NCBI RefSeq assembly: GCF_053078305.1
Contig: NZ_CP166879.1
Reading direction: 5' to 3' (one strand)
Length of the DNA: 64,000 nucleotides
The translations under genes were made by a program, and so were the position numbers. Shown piece after piece: positions 1-8,537 of this stretch. The notes under the pieces are model-generated. The model was not told the origin of the DNA. It saw only the letters and a list, made by a program, of their open reading frames with translations, and made no database searches. Position 1 is the first letter of the stretch. Each line of letters starts with the position of its first letter.

Positions 1-572
1 TGCGGGGTGTTCGTCTGCTGTTCGGGCGTGGTGTACTGACCGGCACAACGGACACGCTGAAAATCCAGAATGTGCAAATCACCGGTATGGATGGTGAAAC
101 CTTTGATGACGTTGAGCGCCCCCAGCAGTACGGGCAAATCAGCGTCCCCCTGCCTGGTGCGGAAGTTTTTCTGGCCTGTGCTGGTGGACAACGGGATCAG
201 GCCGTGGTGCTTGTGGTGGAAGACCGCCGCAGTCGCCCGACCGGACTTACCGCCGGAGATACCGGCGTGTATCACCATGAGGGGCACCGTATACGTCTGA
301 CAAAGAACGGCCGGATCATTGTGACCTGTAAGACGCTGGAGATTTACGCCGATGAAGGAGTTCAGGTGGATACACCGGAGGCTCACTTTACCGGTAATGT
401 CACAGTGGATAAGAACCTGCATGTCAAAGGCAATGTGTCCATTGACGGCACCGGAAGATCACAGGGGACGTTCACGATGTCCGAAGCGGTTATTGCCGGG
501 ATCACCTATTCAGGTCATGTGCATCACGATAACGGTGAAGGCAGCAAAACGGGAGGACCAGAGAATGGCTGA
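1..572 (+). CDS. Phage baseplate assembly protein V-like (Mu gp45 / P2 gpV type), 5' end outside window
   Basis: Open frame from window edge with no upstream stop; first gene of a V-W-J-I baseplate block; stop overlaps next start. Confidence 0.7.
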   Translation, partial: RGVRLLFGRGVLTGTTDTLKIQNVQITGMDGETFDDVERPQQYGQISVPLPGAEVFLACAGGQRDQAVVLVVEDRRSRPTGLTAGDTGVYHHEGHRIRLTKNGRIIVTCKTLEIYADEGVQVDTPEAHFTGNVTVDKNLHVKGNVSIDGTGRSQGTFTMSEAVIAGITYSGHVHHDNGEGSKTGGPENG

Positions 573-1002
573 TATTGCTGTCGTCTGGGATCAGGGTTGT
601 GGTTCCCTGCAACTGAACGGCGCAGATCTTCTGACGGATAACAGCCTGCTGACTGCGGTCATTATTTCACTGTTTACGGACAGGCGGGCGCTGGATTCCG
701 ATGAAATCCCTGACGGCACCCGTGACCGTCGGGGATGGTGGGGAGACAGTTTCCGGGAGCGCCCCATTGGCTCCCGTCTCTGGCTGTTAAGCCGTGAAAA
801 GACGCTGTCCTCCGTGGTCAGCCGTGCACAGGCCTATGCTGATGAAGCGCTGGCGTGGCTGCATAAAAGCGGTGCTGCCACATCCGTGGTATGTCATGCC
901 ATGCGTGTGGGGCATGATCGCCTTTCGCTTTCCGTGAAAATCACCCTGCCGGACGGAAGCAGACATCCGATGATTTTTTATGCTGATATGAAGGGGGAAT
1001 GA
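565..1002 (+). CDS. Phage GP46-family baseplate protein (gpW-like)
   Basis: ATG at 565 preceded by GGAGG, overlaps V stop; about 145 aa; position between V-like and J-like genes. Confidence 0.65.
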   Translation: MADIAVVWDQGCGSLQLNGADLLTDNSLLTAVIISLFTDRRALDSDEIPDGTRDRRGWWGDSFRERPIGSRLWLLSREKTLSSVVSRAQAYADEALAWLHKSGAATSVVCHAMRVGHDRLSLSVKITLPDGSRHPMIFYADMKGE

Positions 1003-2084
1003 TGCCTTATCAGCCCTTACCACTGGCGCAACTGATCACACAGACACAACAGGATATCAGCCAGCGCCTGCCCGGTTCGCAGCCGGGCGTGAATGAAACC
1101 ACCCTGAATGCCATTGCGTATGCACTGGCGGGTCTGTCAGCACAGGAGCATGAACATCTGGCCTGGATCTCCCGGCAGATAATTCCGACAGAAGCTGATG
1201 AAGCCGAACTCCTGAAACACTGCGCATTCTGGGGTGTCATCCGTAAACCGGCTTCCCGCGCTGACGGACCGGTACAACTGATGCTGACCACGGATGCAGG
1301 GATCACGGAAGGCGTACTCCTTCAGCGAAGCGATGGTGTTGTGTACCGCATCACCGGCTCTGCGACCGGAAAAGCCGGAACACTGAATGTTAATGTGGAG
1401 GCGGAAAGTGCGGGGCGCGCTGGAAATACCCCGACCGGAACCCGCCTGTCCTTTATCACGCCACAGGCGGGCATCAACCAGACAGCCACGGTCACCGGCA
1501 CGGGACTCACCGGTGGTGCGGATGTGGAAACGGTGCCGGAGTTGCTGTCCAGGCTGGTATTCCGGGTACAGAACCCGCCATCAGGGGGAACACAGTATGA
1601 TTTTGAACGCTGGGCACGGGAAGTACCGGGCGTGACGCGGGCATGGTGTAAGCCTGAATGGCCTGAGGCGGGTAGTGTTGGTGTGACTTTTGTTCAGGAT
1701 AATAACCCTGACATTTTCCCCGGAGAAGGTGATGTGAAGCGGGTGGCGGATTATATCCGCAGTCATGATGATCCGGCGACGGGCCAGCCCGTTGGTCAGC
1801 CACTTGGGCCGACAATCAGCGTGTTTAAGCTGACCAATAAGTCGGTGGCGTTTGAGATCAGGATTGTACCCAAAACGCCGGAAAATCAGGCTGCCGTAAA
1901 ACAGGCATTAACGGACCTGCTTTATAACGAATCGCGGCCGGGTGGACTTGTATTGCCTTCATCATTCTGGCGGGCTGTTGCAGGGGTGAAAGGACTGGAG
2001 GATTTTGAAGTTCGCAGTCCGCTGAAGTCCGTGATGGCCGGAGATACAGAGTTGCTGACCGTGGGGGAAATCACATGGCTGTAA
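999..2084 (+). CDS. Baseplate J-like protein (Mu gp47 / P2 gpJ type)
   Basis: 361 aa ORF, translationally coupled to flanking genes. Confidence 0.75.
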   Translation: MMPYQPLPLAQLITQTQQDISQRLPGSQPGVNETTLNAIAYALAGLSAQEHEHLAWISRQIIPTEADEAELLKHCAFWGVIRKPASRADGPVQLMLTTDAGITEGVLLQRSDGVVYRITGSATGKAGTLNVNVEAESAGRAGNTPTGTRLSFITPQAGINQTATVTGTGLTGGADVETVPELLSRLVFRVQNPPSGGTQYDFERWAREVPGVTRAWCKPEWPEAGSVGVTFVQDNNPDIFPGEGDVKRVADYIRSHDDPATGQPVGQPLGPTISVFKLTNKSVAFEIRIVPKTPENQAAVKQALTDLLYNESRPGGLVLPSSFWRAVAGVKGLEDFEVRSPLKSVMAGDTELLTVGEITWL

Positions 2085-2632
2085 CCCTGACCCCGCATCA
2101 GCGCGCCCTGTTGCAGTTGCTGCCTGACGGGCTGGCATGGGATAAGCGGCCGTCATCCGTTCTTGCAGCTTTGTGCCTGGGCCTCAGTCATTCCACGGAG
2201 CGTGTTTCCTGGACCGGTAACCAGATGCTGGCAGAACGTTTTCCTGATTCATCCCGTCTGCTGCTGGAAGACTGGGAGCGTTATCTGGGGTTGCCGGAAT
2301 GTGATATGACCGGCGCAACCATTCAGGAACGTCAGCGTTATGCCGGGAATAAATACCGGATGAAACCCTCTCTTAACCGTGAATTTTATATCCGGTTTGC
2401 GGCTGAGTTTGGTTATGAAATAGATATCCAGCCATCACCGGAATCACAATGGATCAGTATTGTGACAGTGAAGACGGCGGTGGGATACCGTCACATGAAT
2501 GTACTGGACGATATTCTTACACCACTGCGAATTTATGATGCAAGTGCGCTGGAGTGCATTTTAAACCGTTATAAGCCAGCCTGGCAGACGTTTTTATATC
2601 TGTACGAAAACAGTCATGAGGAGACGGAGTAA
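2075..2632 (+). CDS. Phage tail protein I-like (Mu gp48 / YmfQ type)
   Basis: 185 aa ORF overlapping J stop and immediately preceding the tail fibre gene. Confidence 0.65.
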   Translation: MAVTLTPHQRALLQLLPDGLAWDKRPSSVLAALCLGLSHSTERVSWTGNQMLAERFPDSSRLLLEDWERYLGLPECDMTGATIQERQRYAGNKYRMKPSLNREFYIRFAAEFGYEIDIQPSPESQWISIVTVKTAVGYRHMNVLDDILTPLRIYDASALECILNRYKPAWQTFLYLYENSHEETE

Positions 2633-3543
2633 TGTATTTTGTCGACAACAATTCAGGTGTGACCGATATGCCACCACTGGCCCCCTCTCAGGGTACGCAG
2701 GTTAAATGGTTTACTGAAGGTGACGGACGCAAAGGGATCAGCCATATCGGTCAGGACTGGCTGAACATCGTGCAGGCAGAGCTGCTTGCCATTCTGACAG
2801 AAGGAAAGGTTCAGCCGGATAAGGCAAAACTGAACCAGCTGGTGACAGCCATTAAGGCAATCATTGCAGCAAACGCATACAGCCGGAAAAACAACCTTAA
2901 GGAGATTGCGGATGCAGGTGCAGAAGCACAGGCTGCTGCCCGCCGTCATCTGGGGCTGGGAGGATTATCAGGAAAAGACAGTCTGGCTGCTGCTGATGTG
3001 GGAGCACTGGAGAAATCCCGGAATTTTGACGATGTACCGGATAAACCGACGGCCCGCCTGAATCTTGATGTTTACAGTAAGGGAGAAGGCGATGAGCGTT
3101 ATCTGCGCAGGGACCAGAATGGCGCGGATATCCCGGACAAAGGAACCTTTATCGATAACCTCGGTTTACGGGAAACGGTAAATAAGGCTGCTGATGCCCT
3201 GCCATCGGGTGGAACCGCCGTGGCAGCGAATAAACTCGCCACCCCAGTAAATATTAATGGCGTTCCTTTCGACGGAACGCAGGATATCAACATCACGTCA
3301 GGAATGACGCAGTCAACCGCAGATGGCCGGTATGTACAGAATGTTCAGCTTGGAGCACAGAGCTATCATTCACCCGGAGGCAATGAAATGTCATGGAATT
3401 ACAGCGCACCTTCCGGTTGTATGCTTTCCGGTATTAACGTGCAGGAAACCGGCTCCCGGTCTGCGGACAATATCGGTGGGGTCTATTATCGCCCGGTTCA
3501 GATTTATATTAATAATGCCTGGAGAACGGTAAGTTCAGTGTAA
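2632..3543 (+). CDS. Tail fibre protein: constant N-terminal part plus variable C-terminal cassette Sv (expressed orientation)
   Basis: 303 aa ORF; its 3' third contains the left 133-bp inverted repeat; variable C-terminus after position 3290. Confidence 0.8.
   Translation: MYFVDNNSGVTDMPPLAPSQGTQVKWFTEGDGRKGISHIGQDWLNIVQAELLAILTEGKVQPDKAKLNQLVTAIKAIIAANAYSRKNNLKEIADAGAEAQAAARRHLGLGGLSGKDSLAAADVGALEKSRNFDDVPDKPTARLNLDVYSKGEGDERYLRRDQNGADIPDKGTFIDNLGLRETVNKAADALPSGGTAVAANKLATPVNINGVPFDGTQDINITSGMTQSTADGRYVQNVQLGAQSYHSPGGNEMSWNYSAPSGCMLSGINVQETGSRSADNIGGVYYRPVQIYINNAWRTVSSV
3149..3174. other. gix/pix-like recombination site (left crossover site)
   Basis: TTATCGATAACCTCGGTTTACGGGAA, a 12-2-12 imperfect palindrome closely resembling the Gin gix site as recalled. 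Confidence 0.6.
3158..3290. repeat. Left 133-bp inverted repeat of the invertible tail-fibre segment
   Basis: Perfect reverse-complement identity with 4408..4540 (checked base by base). Confidence 0.9.
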
Positions 3544-3577
3544 ACCACAGAAAAGGGTGCTGAATGCACCCTCTGAA

Positions 3578-4099
3578 TTATTCCGGTTTTTCCGGCCAGG
3601 GAATCGCCTGGTAATGCCCCTCACTGGCAATATCATTAAAGTGCATTTCTTTAAGCTGTCGGATATACGCCATCCAGCGCGTCAGCTGTAATTTATTTTC
3701 ATCGCTAATCATGTCCAGTTTTAATTCCGTTTTCCAGTCATCCACAGTTTCGTTGGCTTCCTGGAGCAGCGATGAGCGGCGCTTTTCAGCAACCGTCTTC
3801 CAGTTTACCGGCACCTTTGATATCAGGCCATCAGAAAACTGCCAGTTACCGTCAATATCCACACCTTCCGGCAGTTCGTCCACTTCAACAACAGTAAAAC
3901 CTGCCGGATATAAAGCAGAGACATCTTCAGCAACAGAGCAGATAATACCCGTTACAGGCGAAATACAGAGTTTGTATTTCTTTGTGAAAAGCGGGAGAGA
4001 TTCATAAAAATCCCTTCCGTCCTCACTCTGGAAATACTGAACATCCTCACCATAGGGTTTGTGTTCCGGGTAATATCGTTTTACGTTAATAAGCTCCAT
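3578..4099 (-). CDS. Tail fibre assembly protein (Tfa/U-like), partner of the silent cassette
   Basis: Minus-strand ORF inside the invertible segment, just downstream of the Sv' cassette; start chosen at MELINVK with AAGGTGA SD. Confidence 0.65.
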   Translation of the reverse strand: MELINVKRYYPEHKPYGEDVQYFQSEDGRDFYESLPLFTKKYKLCISPVTGIICSVAEDVSALYPAGFTVVEVDELPEGVDIDGNWQFSDGLISKVPVNWKTVAEKRRSSLLQEANETVDDWKTELKLDMISDENKLQLTRWMAYIRQLKEMHFNDIASEGHYQAIPWPEKPE

Positions 4100-4178
4100 T
4101 ATTTCACCTTGTTTTTGTTGAAAAGACAAAATCATCATATATTTATTCAGATAATCTGTTTTTTGAACTACTGCACTT

Positions 4179-4407
4179 TTATGCGCTGGAAGCTGTTTTC
4201 CACGAACCATTTATCAGAAACTGAACAGGGCGATAATATGCGGTTACCGTTGCATTACCATCACCAGCGACATCAAGCCCTGTAAGTACGCATCCGTCAG
4301 GAACTTCAAAAATATTATATTGCATTCCAATCGTTGACCTTGAACCTCTTCGAATGCTTTGAACATAACGTGAGTCAGCCACAGACTGCGTCATCCCCGA
4401 TGTAATA
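4179..4407 (-). CDS. Alternative tail-fibre C-terminal cassette Sv' (silent in current orientation)
   Basis: Minus-strand frame continuous with the right inverted repeat, which encodes the same residues as the left one; C-terminal tail diverges from Sv. Confidence 0.65.
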
Positions 4408-4540
4408 TTGATATCCTGCGTTCCGTCGAAAGGAACGCCATTAATATTTACTGGGGTGGCGAGTTTATTCGCTGCCACGGCGGTTCCACCCGATGGCAGG
4501 GCATCAGCAGCCTTATTTACCGTTTCCCGTAAACCGAGGT
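4408..4540. repeat. Right 133-bp inverted repeat of the invertible tail-fibre segment
   Basis: Perfect reverse complement of 3158..3290. Confidence 0.9.
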
Positions 4541-4548
4541 TTCAGGGA
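4523..4548. other. gix/pix-like recombination site (right crossover site)
   Basis: TTCCCGTAAACCGAGGTTTCAGGGAT, inverted partner of the left site. Confidence 0.55.
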
Positions 4549-4603
4549 TGTCGTATATCTGCTTTAAAAGGCATTTTCACCTCTTTTTAAGGAAGGTAAA
4601 TAC

Positions 4604-5164
4604 ATGCTGATTGGCTATATACGCGTATCAACAAATGACCAGAACACAGGTTTACAAAGAAATGCGCTGGAATGTGCAGGATGTAAGCTGATTTTTGAAG
4701 ATAAAATGAGCGGAAAAACAACGCAGCGGCCGGGACTGAAGCGGGCACTGAAGAAACTAAAACCCGGTGACACGCTGATGGTCTGGAAACTGGACAGGCT
4801 GGGGCGCAGTATGCGCCACCTTGTTGCGCTGACAGATGAATTACAGCAACAGGGGATAAATTTTCGTAGTCTTACTGACAACATTGATACGTCAACCCCC
4901 ATGGGGCGCTTCTTTTTTCACATAATGGGTGCGCTGGCAGAAATGGAGCGTGAATTGATTGTCGAACGGACACGGGCTGGTCTTGCAGCTGCCCGTGAAA
5001 GGGGACGAACCGGTGGCAGACCCCGTCGTCTCACGCAGGAACAATACGAGCAGGTCGGGCGTTTACTGGCCGGGGGTGTCAGCCGAAGACAGGTGGCACT
5101 TATTTTTGATATCGGCCTTTCAACCCTTTATCGTTATTATCCTGCAAGCATTTCGGAAAAATAA
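4604..5164 (+). CDS. DNA invertase, serine recombinase of the Gin/Pin/Cin/Hin family
   Basis: 186 aa; N-terminal MLIGYIRVSTNDQ catalytic-serine motif; strong similarity to Mu Gin / e14 Pin as recalled; adjacent to the invertible segment. Confidence 0.9.
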   Translation: MLIGYIRVSTNDQNTGLQRNALECAGCKLIFEDKMSGKTTQRPGLKRALKKLKPGDTLMVWKLDRLGRSMRHLVALTDELQQQGINFRSLTDNIDTSTPMGRFFFHIMGALAEMERELIVERTRAGLAAARERGRTGGRPRRLTQEQYEQVGRLLAGGVSRRQVALIFDIGLSTLYRYYPASISEK

Positions 5165-5254
5165 GACGCTCCCTTTGTTGGGCCTTTACTGAATTAACGC
5201 AAAATGGCGTTTATCGGTCTGTGGATATGATAATTCTGTTTATTCAGGAACAGG

Positions 5255-7312
5255 ATGAATATTATGACGTCCAAATGGGTTCAACTATCATCAATGCCCG
5301 GAAACTTTACCGTTAAAGTTTCCGGTGGTACAGCGGCATTTCTTGAGGCTCCTTTTCCTCCGGCTGAAACGAAAGGAGGAATGACATTTGCTGACTGTCT
5401 CATCAGTTTTAATACACAGGATTGCCTGTGGGTAAGGCCAGTATCCGGTGATCCGAACGTGGAAATTACCGGAGCGGGTATTGGTGCTGTCATTCCGTTA
5501 AGTGCTGATGTTGCCGGTACTACTGAACCGTCAGACTGGGATAATGCTGAAACACATACCCGTCCGGCAGGAAATGAAACGGCTTCCAGCTCCCCTTCCT
5601 GGTATTACGTGATTGTTATAGCCGGTCAGTCCAATGCTTCATCTTATGGTGAAGGGTTGCCCCTGCCGGATTCTTATGATCGTCCTGATCCACGTATTAT
5701 GCAGCTGGCACGCAGGAATACACAAACCCCCGGAGGTATTCCCTGCAAATACAATGAAATCATTCCAGCAGATCACTGCCTTCATGATGTTCAGAATATG
5801 AGTCTGCTGAACCATCCAAAAGCAGACCTGAAAAAAGGGCAGTATGGTTGTGTGGGTCAGGGACTTCATATTGCGAAAAAAGTATTACCGGTGATTCCTG
5901 CTGATGCCGGGATTTTACTGGTTCCCTGTGCCCGTGGCGGCTCTGCTTTTACAACCGGCGCAGTTGGCTCATTCGATCCGGCAAGTGGTGCAGCCGAGGC
6001 GTCACTACGCTGGGGAGTGGATACCCCACTGTATCAGGATCTTGTCAGTCGAACGAAAGCGGCACTTGAGGCGAATCCAAAGAATGTGCTGTTATCTGTC
6101 GTATGGATTCAGGGGGAAGGAGACCTTAAAGCGACCCCGGCCCAGCATGGTGCCCAGTTTACTGCGATGGTGAAAAAATTCCGTGCGGATCTTGGTGCTT
6201 TCTCCGGTCAGTGTATTGGTGGTTCATCAGACAGTGTGCCGTGGTTATGTGGTGACACAACCTATGACTGGAAAGAGAAGAACCCGGCGGCATATGAAAC
6301 CATTTATAGCGGATATAAAAACCGGGCTTCCGAGAACATTCACTTTGTTCCACTGATGCACGATGAGTTCGGTAATAAAACCGCGACCAACCTGCCGGAG
6401 CACGACCCGGATATCGCTTCTGCCGGGTATTATGGTGCGGAATCACGGGGAGATGGCAACTGGACAACAGCATCCAGGGCAACCCATTTTAGCTCCTGGG
6501 CGCGCCGTTTTCTGGTCTCAGATCGTTTTGCATCAGCAATTCTTAAATATGCAGGTCTGACCTCTGCATTTATTGCCGGTGTGGCCCCTGATGGTGAAGC
6601 CCTGCCTCAGCCCGCGCCGGGTGGAAAACCGGAAGCTCCGACAGGTAGTCAGCCAGGAAGCAGTGAGTCCCCCCAGCCGACATCCCCGTCACTCCGTACG
6701 CTGCTTTCACTTAAAGCATCAGCAGGGGAAGCCCCGGCTCAGGGATGGAAAATTACAGATGGTACAATCCAGCTGACGGACGAAGGTAAAGCGCTGACCG
6801 TATCCAAACAAAGCGGAAAAACCTGGTCACTTACCCATGCGACCAGTGCTGCCGGAGAGCTGTTGCAGCATGGTGGTCAGTTGACCTGTAAATTCCGTCT
6901 GTCAGGTGAAGTAAAAGAAGGCCAGTTTGCTCTGGGTATTTACCTCCACACCGATACGGTCCCGGAAGGTGTAACCATGAGTGGTACAGGCACACCGTTC
7001 CTGATGGCGTATTATCTCCAGACAACAGGCGGCCAGTTAAATCTGATGCACCATAAAACAGGGGGGAATACGAAACTGGGATCATTTGGAGCCTACAATA
7101 ACCAGTGGCATACACTTGTCCTGAAGTTTACGGCGGGAAGTGCCCAGGTAACGCCTGTGCTGGATGGCACTCCGGGCCAGGCATTCCAGATGGTGAAAGA
7201 TGCACTTTCCCCTGCCAAAGATACGCTGACACTGACAGATGTCACCAAAGGGGCAACTTATGGCGTGTCTTTTGAGAGCGTTGTCCTTGAGGTTAATACC
7301 CCTGCGGCATAA
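5255..7312 (+). CDS. Prophage NanS-like sialate O-acetylesterase (SGNH/SASA hydrolase core with N- and C-terminal extra domains)
   Basis: 685 aa; core YYVIVIAGQSNASSYGEGLPLPD...CGDTTYDWKE resembles E. coli NanS (YjhS) as recalled. Confidence 0.75.
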   Translation: MNIMTSKWVQLSSMPGNFTVKVSGGTAAFLEAPFPPAETKGGMTFADCLISFNTQDCLWVRPVSGDPNVEITGAGIGAVIPLSADVAGTTEPSDWDNAETHTRPAGNETASSSPSWYYVIVIAGQSNASSYGEGLPLPDSYDRPDPRIMQLARRNTQTPGGIPCKYNEIIPADHCLHDVQNMSLLNHPKADLKKGQYGCVGQGLHIAKKVLPVIPADAGILLVPCARGGSAFTTGAVGSFDPASGAAEASLRWGVDTPLYQDLVSRTKAALEANPKNVLLSVVWIQGEGDLKATPAQHGAQFTAMVKKFRADLGAFSGQCIGGSSDSVPWLCGDTTYDWKEKNPAAYETIYSGYKNRASENIHFVPLMHDEFGNKTATNLPEHDPDIASAGYYGAESRGDGNWTTASRATHFSSWARRFLVSDRFASAILKYAGLTSAFIAGVAPDGEALPQPAPGGKPEAPTGSQPGSSESPQPTSPSLRTLLSLKASAGEAPAQGWKITDGTIQLTDEGKALTVSKQSGKTWSLTHATSAAGELLQHGGQLTCKFRLSGEVKEGQFALGIYLHTDTVPEGVTMSGTGTPFLMAYYLQTTGGQLNLMHHKTGGNTKLGSFGAYNNQWHTLVLKFTAGSAQVTPVLDGTPGQAFQMVKDALSPAKDTLTLTDVTKGATYGVSFESVVLEVNTPAA

Positions 7313-7369
7313 TCGTGACGGCCGGGAATTTATCCGGCTGTAACATCAGTTAATAAGAGTGAGGCTTAT

Positions 7370-7549
7370 ATGACATATATAAACGTCTGCCTGCTGTATT
7401 TCTGCACGGTGGTTTGTTGTCTGTTGCTTGTCAGCGGTGGTTATAAAATTATTCGCAATTATTTTCGAAATAAAATTGATGCAGCTGCCGAGGAAAAGAT
7501 AAAAAGCGGTGCTGTAATGCCGCAGCCGAAAGACTCCGGTCAGATTTAA
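7370..7549 (+). CDS. Hypothetical small membrane protein (59 aa, one predicted TM helix, Cys-rich)
   Basis: ATG with GAGTGAGG SD; hydrophobic N-terminus INVCLLYFCTVVCCLLLVSGG; below ORF-track cutoff, found by manual translation. Confidence 0.35.
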   Translation: MTYINVCLLYFCTVVCCLLLVSGGYKIIRNYFRNKIDAAAEEKIKSGAVMPQPKDSGQI

Positions 7550-7584
7550 TTTTTTGTGAACCAGAAAAGGAAAGGAGAATATTC

Positions 7585-7830
7585 ATGCCAGAGATTAAAG
7601 GCACGGTTACTGAAGAGCTTGTCAAACAGGCACTTTATTCTGAAGAAGTGAACCGCGTGCTGAAGGCGCAGGTTCGCAAGGATTTTGAGGCACAAATCGA
7701 CGCATATGTTGATGAAGTGCTGGCCCGAATGGTTGGCCATTCTCCGGCTGAAAACAGCACGGAGAATGAGCCTCAGCCCGTAGAGCAACCAGAGCCGGTT
7801 CAGCCCGGAACTGACAGTGCCATGATGTAA
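7585..7830 (+). CDS. Hypothetical acidic protein (81 aa)
   Basis: Strong SD AAAGGAAAGGAG upstream of ATG; followed by a hairpin terminator. Confidence 0.45.
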   Translation: MPEIKGTVTEELVKQALYSEEVNRVLKAQVRKDFEAQIDAYVDEVLARMVGHSPAENSTENEPQPVEQPEPVQPGTDSAMM

Positions 7831-7836
7831 CAATAC

Positions 7837-7869
7837 AAACCGACAGCTTCTCCTGTCGGTTTGATTTTC
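7837..7869 (+). terminator. Rho-independent terminator
   Basis: AAACCGACAG-CTTCTC-CTGTCGGTTT followed by a T-run. Confidence 0.55.
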
Positions 7870-7904
7870 ATGGGCGATGTATATACCAGTCAGAGGAAAT
7901 AATC

Positions 7905-8105
7905 ATGGACAAGAACAAAAAGCAGCCCGATACCAAAGGTCTGGAAATATTAAGCGCAGAAATTATCAATGCGCTACGTTCAGGACTTGATGAAAATACA
8001 TTACAGGATCGAAACTTCACCACTGCAATGTGGATAGCGATGCAGATCCTGTGTACCCCAAGATGCGCTATTTTTGCGGTTCGTGAGGGTCAGTTGACTC
8101 GCTGA
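7905..8105 (+). CDS. Hypothetical protein (66 aa)
   Basis: ATG with GAGGA SD; no recognisable family. Confidence 0.35.
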   Translation: MDKNKKQPDTKGLEILSAEIINALRSGLDENTLQDRNFTTAMWIAMQILCTPRCAIFAVREGQLTR

Positions 8106-8274
8106 TTGCCCGAATTACATCAGAAAAGCACGCGTTCCATAATTGCATAGCTGATGAATCACCAGCTGTATGAAAAGAGGTAAAGACACAACTGGTGGAT
8201 GTCATTGCTGCAATTGTGATATCAGCTGCAATTCGCGCAGCCTGTAACTTTTGGTCGGTGGTCAGTTTATCCAT
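8068..8274 (-). CDS. Hypothetical protein (68 aa), convergent and 3'-overlapping the 7905..8105 ORF
   Basis: Minus-strand ORF; second ATG has AGGAG SD; only one of the two overlapping ORFs may be real. Confidence 0.25.
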   Translation of the reverse strand: MDKLTTDQKLQAARIAADITIAAMTSTSCVFTSFHTAGDSSAMQLWNACFSDVIRAISESTDPHEPQK

Positions 8275-8352
8275 TTTCTCCTGCCTGAACAGATGCATCT
8301 CTGCTTTACAGGAGGCCGGGGAATATCATAGGATACACCACGAGCTCAGAGT

Positions 8353-8508
8353 GAAGCATTGATGCAGTTTTTTACAGATTGACCCAGAATAGTTCGCGCT
8401 ATCTGAGTCGCCATTTATGTAGTCCCGAAGTAAAGCATTGATGCAAACTTGTCTAAATCGGCCCAGCATAGTTCCAGCTATGCTGGGTTTCCCTTTTATG
8501 TAGTATCC
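8353..8508. repeat. Two imperfect tandem repeats of about 75 bp, the second with a 10-bp-stem hairpin and T-rich tail
   Basis: Shared AAGCATTGATGCA ... CCCAG-ATAGTT ... TTTATGTAGT; hairpin CCCAGCATAG/CTATGCTGGG at 8462..8487. Confidence 0.5.
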
Positions 8509-8537
8509 TGTTGATTTGAAACATACTACATATACGC

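Larger units (their letters stand above)
3291..4407. other. Invertible host-range segment (G-segment-like) between the inverted repeats
   Basis: Flanked by perfect 133-bp inverted repeats with gix-like sites at their outer edges; invertase gene adjacent. Confidence 0.75.

Noticed and set aside
352-1002. Longer ORF-track version of the gp46-like gene starting at 352
   Set aside because: It overlaps the V-like gene in another frame; the ATG at 565 with GGAGG and stop-start coupling is the plausible start.
3578-4210. 210-aa version of the tail-fibre assembly ORF
   Set aside because: Its first 37 codons overlap the silent fibre cassette; the internal start at 4099 with its own SD gives a typical Tfa length.
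1-5164. Identification as the e14 element
   Set aside because: The baseplate/fibre/invertase block resembles e14, but e14 sits at icd and carries mcrA after pin; here the block continues into a NanS-like moron and a com/mom pair and ends in yciQ.
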